From the NCBI GenBank assembly GCA_965205025.1, contig CBDBFU010000004.1, positions 12,898 through 76,897 on the forward strand: a DNA stretch of 64,000 nucleotides, in the 5' to 3' direction. The notes below the pieces were generated by a model. It made no database searches and was not told where the DNA came from. It saw only the letters and a program-made list of their open reading frames with translations. The position numbers and the translations under genes are program-made. The stretch is from Candidatus Poribacteria bacterium. GTDB lineage: Bacteria > Poribacteria > WGA-4E > WGA-3G. Below, in pieces: positions 1 through 8,337 of this stretch (position 1 is its first letter; the number at the start of each line of letters is the position of its first letter).

Positions 1-399
1 TTTGAAGATGGCAGGTTAACACCTTCACAGTTTAAAGGAAATCTCATAATTGACAGAAGTGATGAAAGAGTCTCCTTCTTTAGCACCTATGTCCCTGAGG
101 GTCCAGTAAATCTTGATATCGTCTGGTATGAAGATAATGATAAACAAAGTGGAATCACTGATGCTGGTCTATGTACACAAATGGAACTCTGGTCTGGTAT
201 TGTGGAACCGACCAATAATATCGAATATACTGAAAGTATAACACAGGAAGAATCAGAACGAGAGTTAATACTCCGTTTCTACGAATCAGAACAGATTAAC
301 TGGGTTTCACCAGAGAAAGCAATAGAATTGGCTGAGGAACAGGTAAAGTTAATACATGTGATCTCTATAGATGGTCCATTACATGATGAATCCTGCTGA
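1..399 (+). CDS. cassette protein A, copy 1 (C-terminal ~132 codons; 5' end lies beyond the window edge); unknown function
   Basis: Frame open from nt 1 to TGA 397-399. Translation ...FEDGRLTPSQF...YVPEGPVNLD...HVISIDGPLHDESC is collinear with the C-terminal half of the 254-aa ORF 2059-2823 (...FEDGRFTPSQF...YVPEGPVNFD...HVISIDGPFTDEAC). Confidence 0.6.
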   Translation, partial: FEDGRLTPSQFKGNLIIDRSDERVSFFSTYVPEGPVNLDIVWYEDNDKQSGITDAGLCTQMELWSGIVEPTNNIEYTESITQEESERELILRFYESEQINWVSPEKAIELAEEQVKLIHVISIDGPLHDESC

Positions 400-414
400 G
401 GGAGCGGAAAAGGA

Positions 415-1221
415 TTGAGGGCAGGTGTCCTCTATTGGGATCGATTAATCGAGTATTTAAACCAGAACTTTATTAACACATGGGTATCCAACGTCATATT
501 AGAACGTACACCTCGCAAAAAAGCATACATGGCAAAAAGACCAAAGAGTGAATCCAATCAATTCAATAAAAACCACCCATTAGCAAAAGCAATAATGGAA
601 GGTTGGAAGGAACATTCACCTGTGGATTGTTTAGTTATTGCACCTGAAGGCGATGTAATGGGTAAACTACCACTCAACGACTTCTTCGATGAATGTTATG
701 AAAATAACCTTAAAGAAGATGTCTACCTGCAGTTTCTTAAGGATTCATTAGATGCGAAATTTCCAGGTTTCGATGAGGATACTTCAGATCCGTTCTTAAC
801 GGGTTTGAATGTTATCCTAACTGAAGATAATCCTAAACAAGAAGTAATACACATCTACCGAACACCACGTTACGGATATCAAGATTACAATGTCATCACA
901 ATCGATACCACTACTTTTAAAGACGGTGGCAAGTTGACAATAGATATAAATATTGGAAGTGCAAAAGCAGGTGGTTCATTCGATCTGTATGATGGTGATA
1001 CGGAATTACCAACAAAAGGATATCCAGATGGAGCAATTGCGTCTGCATGGGATATTCCTACCGGACAAAAAGGTAGAATTGAATACGAATTTGAAGAAGG
1101 TAAGCTCTTTAAACTCGGTGCTACCGGTACATGGTTCAGTGGTAAAGGAAACATTAATGCTTTTCAGGCAAAAATTTCTATAGAGCCAGCAGAAAAGAAG
1201 AAAAGAACTTATAATGAGTAA
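415..1221 (+). CDS. cassette protein B, copy 1 (268 aa, one C-terminal ~110-aa beta-rich module); unknown function; possibly a readthrough continuation of A
   Basis: ORF begins with TTG, same frame as A, 15 nt after A's TGA. N-terminal region LxYDxxIEYLNxNFxNTWVSNVxLERTP and module YRTPRYGYQDYNVITIDTTTFKDGG...INAFQAKISIE are conserved with ORF 2839-4011. The first in-frame ATG would delete the conserved N-terminus. Confidence 0.6.
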   Translation: MRAGVLYWDRLIEYLNQNFINTWVSNVILERTPRKKAYMAKRPKSESNQFNKNHPLAKAIMEGWKEHSPVDCLVIAPEGDVMGKLPLNDFFDECYENNLKEDVYLQFLKDSLDAKFPGFDEDTSDPFLTGLNVILTEDNPKQEVIHIYRTPRYGYQDYNVITIDTTTFKDGGKLTIDINIGSAKAGGSFDLYDGDTELPTKGYPDGAIASAWDIPTGQKGRIEYEFEEGKLFKLGATGTWFSGKGNINAFQAKISIEPAEKKKRTYNE

Positions 1222-1298
1222 AACATAAAAATGTTATATTATAGGGATTTGAAAGAATTTATTTATGTCCTATTCTCAACTTCGTATATCTATAACTT

Positions 1299-1589
1299 TT
1301 GAAAGGTGTAGCGATGCCAGACAAGACTCAAAAATCCCTGAAATACAATGGTACTCCTAAGCAGGTTTCGCGTAAAGATTTTAATCATTATATCAAACCC
1401 CATCTCAAGAAACGCATCAAAGGTCCTAAACCGAAACTGTCTTTCTATAAGATATTCAACTATATACTTGATAAACTTTCGGGTTGCTTTCAACGATTCT
1501 TAGATGTTACTCGCTATGAATTCTATATGAAAAATAAATCTCAATTATGCACTTTTTTCACCTTTAAATTGTGTCATGTATTATTGTAA
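1299..1589 (+). pseudogene. IS5-family (DUF4096-type N-terminal domain) transposase fragment, truncated; no DDE domain
   Basis: Translation ...RKDFNHYIKPHLKKRIKGPKPKLSFYKIFNYILDKLSGCFQRFL matches the DUF4096 pattern (W-x-x-I-x-P-L-L-P ... R-G-R-P-x-x ... ILYVLRTGCQWR-L) of IS5/IS1182-group transposases. The ORF stops after 96 aa. Confidence 0.45.
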
Positions 1590-1613
1590 ACATTTTGACT
1601 ATGGAGTAAACTC

Positions 1614-1964
1614 ATGAATAAAACAGATGTTGAACTTATTAACAGTATCCTATCAGGTGATAATACTGCGTTCACTACCTTGGTACAAAAATACCAAAAG
1701 AGTGTCCATACCATCGCTTGGCAGAGGGTTAAGGACTATCACATAGCAGAAGAAATTGCTCAAGATGTCTTTCTACAAGTATACGATAAGTTGTCTACAT
1801 TAAAAGACCCAGATAAGTTTGAAAGATGGCTGTATGTAATTACTAAACGACGATGTACTAACTGGCTCCAGAGGGAGAAAACCAATGTAGAATCGTTAGA
1901 AGCTACGGATAAATTTACACTAGTAAAAGCTGCATATTTTCCTTTTTCTGCTCAATTTGCGTAA
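1614..1964 (+). pseudogene. truncated ECF (sigma-70 family) sigma factor; region 2 only, region 4 missing
   Basis: MNKTDVELINSILSGDNTAF...VHTIAWQRV...DVFLQVYDKL...ERWLYVITKRRCTNWLQREK is a typical sigma-70 region 2.1-2.4. The ORF ends after 116 aa and runs into an unrelated remnant in another frame. Confidence 0.5.
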
Positions 1965-2057
1965 GTCTTGTCTAAATTTGGTGCTACAGAGGACTGGTAC
2001 GGCGAGAAGGGACGTATCAATGCCTTTCAAGCACAAATTTCTGTAGAGGAGAACTGA
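1965..2057 (+). pseudogene. remnant of the C-terminal module of a B-type cassette gene
   Basis: Frame 3 translation VLSKFGATEDWYGEKGRINAFQAQISVEEN* aligns with the ends of B (FKLGATGTWFSGKGNINAFQAKISIE) and B' (INAFYLRISVEEN*). The stop overlaps the ATG of A' (TGAAATG). Confidence 0.45.
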
Positions 2058-2058
2058 A

Positions 2059-2823
2059 ATGGAAACCTTAGAAAACAAAATCACACTTAATCTTGACAGT
2101 GACGCAGAAGTCAACGTCAAAGGCTTCATCACCCCGATTGAATACACCATATCCAATTTCCATGTAAAGTGGGATGCATTGGCGAATCTGCGTGTTGCTG
2201 AACCGGAAAAGCGGTATCCTGAATCCGTTTTCCAAGCCTTCATGCCGAGCGAAACTGTTTCGGTTGGCGAGCATTGGCAGATTGAAAAGGGCAGTGTGCT
2301 AACACTGCTCCGACAACTACACCCCAATCCGAATCTGGATATGAGCATCAATGCCGGTGATTCCCGCGGGTTATGGGCATGCCTGCGCGCGTACAACGAT
2401 AAATTCGCCGACATTGTGTTTCGAATTCACGCCGAGTTCAAGTTTGAAGATGGCAGGTTTACACCCTCACAATTTACCGGACATCTCGTGATGGACCGAA
2501 CCGCAGAGAAGGTTGCTTTTTTCGAAATGTACGTCCCTGAGGGGCCAGTAAATTTTGATGTTAGCTGGAATTCTATTGTCGATGCCGGACTTTGCACGCA
2601 GATGGAACTCCGTGTCGGAACACAGAATCCAGTCCGAGATGCCGAATTCACAGCGGATTCCATCACCCAAGAAGAAGCGGAACGCATCCTGATACAGCGT
2701 TTCTATAAATCCGAACGAATTAACTGGGTGCCGCCAGAGCAGGCGTTAGAAATAGCACAAGCACAACAGAAGCCGATTCATGTTATCTCAATAGATGGAC
2801 CGTTCACCGATGAGGCCTGCTGA
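2059..2823 (+). CDS. cassette protein A, copy 2 (254 aa); unknown function
   Basis: ATG start abuts the B-remnant stop. Full-length paralog of partial ORF 1-399. Ends ...ISIDGPFTDEAC-TGA. GC-richer (~50-58%) than copy 1. Confidence 0.7.
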   Translation: METLENKITLNLDSDAEVNVKGFITPIEYTISNFHVKWDALANLRVAEPEKRYPESVFQAFMPSETVSVGEHWQIEKGSVLTLLRQLHPNPNLDMSINAGDSRGLWACLRAYNDKFADIVFRIHAEFKFEDGRFTPSQFTGHLVMDRTAEKVAFFEMYVPEGPVNFDVSWNSIVDAGLCTQMELRVGTQNPVRDAEFTADSITQEEAERILIQRFYKSERINWVPPEQALEIAQAQQKPIHVISIDGPFTDEAC

Positions 2824-2838
2824 GGGAGCGGTAAAGAT

Positions 2839-4011
2839 TTGAGGGCAGTTGCCCTCTCTTATGATAAAACTATTGAATTCTTGAATGAGAACTTCGTTAA
2901 TACCTGGGTGTCGAATGTCGTATTAGAGCGGACACCCGCAATGCGTGATTATGCGGCACAGAGATTTGAAGACGGCACCAGGGCACTGTTTAATAGAAAA
3001 CACCCTTTGGCAGAAGTCGTCATGAAGGGGTGGAAAGAACACTCACCAGTAGACTGTTTGATTATCTCATCAGATTCTGAATTGATAGGTAGACAACTCG
3101 TCAACGAACTCCACAAAGACGGGCGTCGTAGAGGACTCCTATCGAATGAATATTATCTCACATTCCTTAAGGAAGCCTTGGATGGAAAACACCCCGGATT
3201 GGGGAACCTCATTCTCACTAAAGAGTCTCCTTCACAGAAAGTGTTGGACGTTTTTCGGACCCCTACAGTCGGTTATCAAGATTATACTGTTGTCTTGATT
3301 GATACCACCGAATTTGAAGACGGAGGCACACTCACTATTGACATTGAAGTTGGCAGAGATGGTGGTGAAGGTGCGTTCTATCTGTTTGATGCCGATAGCG
3401 AACTTTCTACAGAAGAAGAGACCCCTAAAGACATGCTTGCTCAGAGATGGGTTGAATCCGGTGCCACAAAGCAGCTCACGCATCGTTTCAATCGCGGCCA
3501 ACGTTTTAAGTTAGGAACCACCGGGGATTACGAGAGAGAGGAACCGTGTATTAACGCTTTTAGCGCAACAGCTTCCGTACAGGAAAATTCAGATGAAGGC
3601 AGTTCAGATACACCTTCACCCGGTGTGCATGTTGTACTCAATAGTCCGCAGTTAACATGGGAGATATTAGATGTCTTTCGCGCCCCCGGAAACGGTTATC
3701 AAGATTACACTGTCGTCAATATTGATACCACCGCGTTTGAAGACGGAGGCACACTCACTATCTATGTCAAGGTTGGGAGTGCAGACGCTGCAGGTTCGTT
3801 TGATCTCTTTGATGGCGATGCCGAACTCCCGACAGAAGGACTACCTGATGCGCTTGTCTCGTTTTGGGGACTTGAACCCGATACAGCGACAACAATCAGA
3901 CACCGTTTTGAGCGAGGCCAAGTTTTTAAACTCGGTGCCACTGGTGATCAGTCCAGTAAACTTGGGGACATAAATGCTTTCTACCTAAGGATTTCTGTGG
4001 AGGAAAATTGA
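2839..4011 (+). CDS. cassette protein B, copy 2 (390 aa) with two tandem copies of the ~110-aa module; unknown function; possibly a readthrough continuation of A'
   Basis: TTG start 15 nt after the in-frame TGA of A'. Conserved N-terminus MRAVALSYDKTIEFLNENFVNTWVSNVVLERTP. Modules FRTPTVGYQDYTVVLIDTTEFEDGGTLTIDIEVG...INAFSATASVQEN and FRAPGNGYQDYTVVNIDTTAFEDGGTLTIYVKVG...INAFYLRISVEEN. Confidence 0.7.
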   Translation: MRAVALSYDKTIEFLNENFVNTWVSNVVLERTPAMRDYAAQRFEDGTRALFNRKHPLAEVVMKGWKEHSPVDCLIISSDSELIGRQLVNELHKDGRRRGLLSNEYYLTFLKEALDGKHPGLGNLILTKESPSQKVLDVFRTPTVGYQDYTVVLIDTTEFEDGGTLTIDIEVGRDGGEGAFYLFDADSELSTEEETPKDMLAQRWVESGATKQLTHRFNRGQRFKLGTTGDYEREEPCINAFSATASVQENSDEGSSDTPSPGVHVVLNSPQLTWEILDVFRAPGNGYQDYTVVNIDTTAFEDGGTLTIYVKVGSADAAGSFDLFDGDAELPTEGLPDALVSFWGLEPDTATTIRHRFERGQVFKLGATGDQSSKLGDINAFYLRISVEEN

Positions 4012-4013
4012 TA

Positions 4014-4058
4014 TGAAAACATTATCAAACAGAATTACGCTTAATCTTGAGTGAGGCA
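4014..4058 (+). pseudogene. stub of a third A-type gene (14 codons then stop)
   Basis: MKTLSNRITLNLE* matches the start of A' (METLENKITLNLDSD). It sits 2 nt after the B' stop, as in the B-remnant/A' junction. Confidence 0.4.
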
Positions 4059-4274
4059 AAAATCAACTCTACCAAAGTTTCATTTTGACTTTTTTCTTGA
4101 AATAAGATATTATTCCAATAATTGTGTATTGTTGTGCGGACACCGAGCTGCTTTCCTATTTCCGTACCAATTGAAGAAGCACACCGATAAAGTTTATCAT
4201 CTGAAATAACTGTGAAGAATGGAAAATTGAATGGAAGGTCTTGTACCTACTACTCCCTCAATAAGGATGAAAAA

Positions 4275-5084
4275 ATGAAAAGTATAAATATCTTTTGCAT
4301 CATCTTAATCCTCGTAACATTGATGTTCATTCCACAAATTCAAGCAAAAATAGACCCTAAAGCCGCCGTTGGCATCTGGCTCTTTGACGAAGGTAAAGGA
4401 AAAACGGTCAGCGATCTATCAGGTAACAGCAATGATGGAGAAATTATGGGTAATCCCTCTTGGGAGAATGGCAAATTCGGAACTGCCCTACAGTTCGGTG
4501 AGCCATCTGATTGGGTTCAGGTCAAAGATCATCCGTCCTTACGGGTTTCCACAGCATACTCCGTTATGGCATGGGTACATGCTGAAAGATATTTCTTTCC
4601 CGGTACACAATGGCAAGGCATTATTGCGAAAGCAAATAATCCAAGATCCTTTAGTTTCTATACCGATACTTCCAAACGACCTTTAATCGCAATACATTTT
4701 GGGGGTGCACACATCGTCGCATTCGGTACTGAGTTCCCTCTCGAAGAGTGGACACATCTCGCTTTTGTTGTAGAATCAGGGAAGAATGGTGGGAAAATTA
4801 CTGCCTACACTAATGGAAAACTTGTAAAGGAAACACAGAGCGCTGCACTAAATGGACTTCCCGGTGATGGCGATACCAAAGATGTCGTTATTGGACGAAC
4901 ACATGAAGGTGCACGCTTTTTCGGGGGTATGATTGACGAAGTTGCCCTTTTCAATACAGCACTAACCGAAGATGACATGGCTGATATTGTAGAGGACGGA
5001 CTTTCACGGATACTCGGGATAACCCCTGTCGAACCAACACAGAAATTAACTACCACTTGGGCAACGCTCAAAACTCACGAGTAA
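4275..5084 (+). CDS. secreted LamG/concanavalin-A-like lectin domain protein (Laminin_G_3-type)
   Basis: AAGGA RBS 7 nt before ATG 4275. Signal peptide MKSINIFCIILILVTLMFIPQIQA. ...GKFGTALQFGEPSDWVQVKDHPSLRVSTAYSVMAWVHAE... fits the LamG_3 pattern (candidate-site/defect-site pairing with W-V at the edge strand). The ORF track start at 4212 is probably too far upstream. Confidence 0.7.
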   Translation: MKSINIFCIILILVTLMFIPQIQAKIDPKAAVGIWLFDEGKGKTVSDLSGNSNDGEIMGNPSWENGKFGTALQFGEPSDWVQVKDHPSLRVSTAYSVMAWVHAERYFFPGTQWQGIIAKANNPRSFSFYTDTSKRPLIAIHFGGAHIVAFGTEFPLEEWTHLAFVVESGKNGGKITAYTNGKLVKETQSAALNGLPGDGDTKDVVIGRTHEGARFFGGMIDEVALFNTALTEDDMADIVEDGLSRILGITPVEPTQKLTTTWATLKTHE

Positions 5085-5215
5085 TTCATAGGGCATGCCT
5101 ATAATTGATCGTTATATAGTAATACCATTTCTATAAATGTTTATCCCATGAACATTTGTAATACATGTTTCTCTAATGTAGTACAAACTGGAAGTTTATG
5201 CTCCATTAAAGAGAC

Positions 5216-5351
5216 TATAATTAACGTGAGTTTGATAATAGGTAAAAATCTTCATTTTTCCCAAAAATATCACTCCTATAGACCCGGTAGGTGCGGTTTC
5301 CTAACCGCACGGTTCATAAGAATCTGATTTATCAAACTCACGTTATAATTA
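5216..5351. repeat. MITE-like element (136 bp) with ~21-bp terminal inverted repeats and an internal REP-type hairpin
   Basis: Left end TATAATTAACGTGAGTTTGATAA (5216-5238). Right end TTATCAAACTCACGTTATAATTA (5329-5351) is its reverse complement (20/23). Internal hairpin GTGCGGTT-TCCTA-AACCGCAC at 5291-5310. A related copy is at 48754-48906; partial copies are at 50355-50410. Confidence 0.5.
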
Positions 5352-5357
5352 TCAGAA

Positions 5358-7295
5358 ATGGTATTACTTGATAATACTATAAAAGATACCATCATGGAAA
5401 GCATACTTCGTTCTCTATTACTACTACTGTTAGTATCAAACATTGTCATCCCTTATGTATTCGCTGAATACGAACCAGGCACTCAACTCGCACTTCCAGA
5501 AGGTGCATTAGCACGGCTGGGCAAAGGACGGGTAGAGAAAATCGCTTTTTCTCCTGATGGAAATACACTTGCAGTTGCAAGTTCAATCGGTATTTGGCTA
5601 TACGATGTACGTACTTATAAAGAAGTCTTCCTCCTGACGGGACACACAGCGGATGTTGATTGTGTCTCCTTCAGTCGAGATGGTAAAACCCTCGCCAGTG
5701 GAAGTCAAGACGATACTGTTCGTTTATGGGATATCCCAACAAGAAAACATATTGCTACCCTGCAACATACAGGTATGGTTTTAAGTGTATCTTTTAGTCC
5801 TGATGGTGATTTACTGGCAACAGGATGTGGTTATATGATGACGGCTGATAGATCAACACCTTTACCCGATCAAGATACTGTTAGATTGTGGAATGTTCAT
5901 ACAAAGAAACATATTGCAACATTCAATGGACATTCTGACTATGTGGAAAGTGTGGTATTTAGTCCAAATGGTGAAATACTCGTTTCAGGCAGTTGGGATA
6001 AGACTATCCGGTTGTGGGATATTAAATCCGGGAAAAACATCGTTACACTCGAAAGACATACCGATTCTGTCCATTGTGTTAGATATAGTCCAAACGGTCA
6101 TTTCATTGCAAGTGCTGGGAGCCTGGAAGACAAAAATATCCTATTATGGAATGCAAAAACCGCACAACACATCAATACGCTGAAAGGACACACAAGCTTT
6201 ATCAGTAGTATCGCATTTACATCAGATGGGAAACTAATCGCAAGTGGGGGTGGTGATAATACCGTACGCGTATGGGATGCCAAAACTGGAAAGAAAAACA
6301 TCACTCTCACAGGACATACAGATTGGGTAATAAGTGTAGCATTCAGTCCAGATAACAACACGCTGGCAAGCGCAAGTCGAGATGGAACTATTCGACTATG
6401 GGATGCATCCACTATTAAAGGATATACTCAAAATATTTCTTGTGTAGCATTCAGTCCAGATAGTTCCACATTAGCAAGTACAGGTTGGGATAAAAAAATA
6501 CATCTATGGGATGTTAACACAGGAAAACATAAGAAAGTACTCACAGGTCATACAGATTCAGTCTCAAGGGTAGCATTCAATCCTATAAACAACACACTTG
6601 TAAGTAGCGGTAACGATAAGACACTACGACTCTGGGATATTACGACTGGTAAAACCATCAAAATACTCAAAGACAATACATTCCCTATAGCAATTAGTCC
6701 CGATGGCAAAATATTGGCATGTGGCAGTCCAGACAACACAATACATTTGTTGGATGCAAACACAACGAATCATAAGCATACACTCAAAGGACATACGGAC
6801 TTTGTCGATAGTGTGGCTTTCAATCCAGATGGTAACATAATTGCTACAGGTAGTTCGGACAATACTGTGAGGCTATGGAATACCAATACAGGGAAACAGA
6901 AGAGAGTATTAAATGCCAATATACCATCCTTCAATCATCTAATGTTTAGTCCAGATGGTAATACAATAGCAAGTAATAACTACAACAATTCAATACTCTT
7001 ATGGGATGTTTCTACAGGTAGTTTGAAGAAAACACTTAAACACAAGCAAAAAGCAAACGGATCTACAGATGGTGCCTTATCTGTTGGGTTCAGTCCTGAT
7101 GGTAAATTCTTAGTGTCTGGCAGTTATTCTGGCAAGGTTCATCTATGGGATATTAAAACTGGAGATTTTAAGAGAATACTCAATGGACATACAGGGAATG
7201 CCACTACTGTAGCAATTAGTCCAAATGGAAAATTCTTGGCTACTGGTAGTACAGACGGCACAATCCTCCTATTTGGTCAAGTATGGAAGGAATAA
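5358..7295 (+). CDS. WD40-repeat protein (>=12 WD repeats) with N-terminal signal/anchor segment
   Basis: Repeated GH-x-x-x-V-x-S-V-x-FSPDG-x-x-LASGS-x-D-x-T-(I/V)RLWD units. N-terminus LLLLLLVSNIVIPYVFA. Shares the N-terminal motif LPEGALARLGKGR with the paralog at 21293-23125. The start could instead be at ATG 5394. Confidence 0.85.
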   Translation: MVLLDNTIKDTIMESILRSLLLLLLVSNIVIPYVFAEYEPGTQLALPEGALARLGKGRVEKIAFSPDGNTLAVASSIGIWLYDVRTYKEVFLLTGHTADVDCVSFSRDGKTLASGSQDDTVRLWDIPTRKHIATLQHTGMVLSVSFSPDGDLLATGCGYMMTADRSTPLPDQDTVRLWNVHTKKHIATFNGHSDYVESVVFSPNGEILVSGSWDKTIRLWDIKSGKNIVTLERHTDSVHCVRYSPNGHFIASAGSLEDKNILLWNAKTAQHINTLKGHTSFISSIAFTSDGKLIASGGGDNTVRVWDAKTGKKNITLTGHTDWVISVAFSPDNNTLASASRDGTIRLWDASTIKGYTQNISCVAFSPDSSTLASTGWDKKIHLWDVNTGKHKKVLTGHTDSVSRVAFNPINNTLVSSGNDKTLRLWDITTGKTIKILKDNTFPIAISPDGKILACGSPDNTIHLLDANTTNHKHTLKGHTDFVDSVAFNPDGNIIATGSSDNTVRLWNTNTGKQKRVLNANIPSFNHLMFSPDGNTIASNNYNNSILLWDVSTGSLKKTLKHKQKANGSTDGALSVGFSPDGKFLVSGSYSGKVHLWDIKTGDFKRILNGHTGNATTVAISPNGKFLATGSTDGTILLFGQVWKE

Positions 7296-7467
7296 AGTAT
7301 GCAGCTGACCCTTGAAGGCATTCAAAAATTATGTTATTCTTTTCTCATAATACGAAAATATTAACAGGAGCATTCACATTTAAAAGACAAGACTCTTAAC
7401 TAAAATAAAACCTATTTGTAGAAGATTCTTGGATTAAGCTTTAACAACATATTTGAAAGGATAAGAA

Positions 7468-8199
7468 ATGCAAAGCCACGAAGTAGATTATGAAATATTT
7501 GGAAATGACATGCAGGTCGTTGAAGTTGAACTTGACAGAGGAGAAACAATTATCGCTGAAGCTGGGGCAATGAACTGGATGGAGGATGACATTTCCTATG
7601 AAGCAAAAATGGGAGATGGTACAAATCCTGACGGTGGATTAATGGGTAAATTCCTGAGTGCCGGAAAAAGAGCATTAACCGGTGAATCCGTATTTTTGAC
7701 GCACTTTACCAATTCCAGTCCAAACAAGAGGCGCGTTGCCTTCGCTGCACCGTATCCCGGGCATATAATGCCAATTAACCTATCCGCAACAGGTGGCGAA
7801 TTGATCTGTCAAAAAGATGCATTCCTTTGTGCAGCCTTTGGTACACAATTAGATATCGCCTTCTCAAAAAGATTAGGTGCTGGTTTCTTTGGTGGAGAGG
7901 GTTTTATTCTACAAAGACTTCGCGGAGATGGTATGGCATTCATACATGCAGGTGGAAGTGTAGTAAAAAAAGAACTCTCTAACGACATGCTCCGCGTAGA
8001 TACAGGCTGTCTTGTCGCATTCTCATCTGGTGTTCAATATGATATTGAAATGACCAAAGGTCTAAAATCCATGTTCTTCGGTGGCGAAGGATTATTCCTT
8101 GCAACATTACAAGGCACTGGAACCGTCTACCTTCAAAGTCTACCGTTTTCTAAATTGGCTGATCGGATCATCGCACAAGTGCCACGTTCCGGTGGATAA
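7468..8199 (+). CDS. TIGR00266/AIM24-family (DUF124) protein
   Basis: N-terminus ...[35 protein letters not shown]... is the characteristic opening of this family. 243 aa. Confidence 0.7.
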   Translation: MQSHEVDYEIFGNDMQVVEVELDRGETIIAEAGAMNWMEDDISYEAKMGDGTNPDGGLMGKFLSAGKRALTGESVFLTHFTNSSPNKRRVAFAAPYPGHIMPINLSATGGELICQKDAFLCAAFGTQLDIAFSKRLGAGFFGGEGFILQRLRGDGMAFIHAGGSVVKKELSNDMLRVDTGCLVAFSSGVQYDIEMTKGLKSMFFGGEGLFLATLQGTGTVYLQSLPFSKLADRIIAQVPRSGG

Positions 8200-8337
8200 A
8201 AAGTAGACACACACCGTGTGCCGTTAACCCTATTTAGTTCCGTAAAAATATTATAAAAGAATCAATGTTTAGTTCACTGAATATCAGATATTTCGGAAAT
8301 TCCATATTGTCAGGGTGTGGAAATGTGAATTAACCCA

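Noticed and set aside
885-1183. Internal ORFs 885-1154 (-) and 953-1183 (+)
   Set aside because: Nested inside cassette gene B in other frames or on the other strand. No independent support.
394-2860. Genome-wide reassignment of TGA as a sense codon (genetic code 4 or 25) to explain the A-B junctions
   Set aside because: All long ORFs (up to 1172 aa) are intact under the standard code, and several genes terminate with TGA (B', Res). TGA is therefore a stop here, and any recoding must be local.
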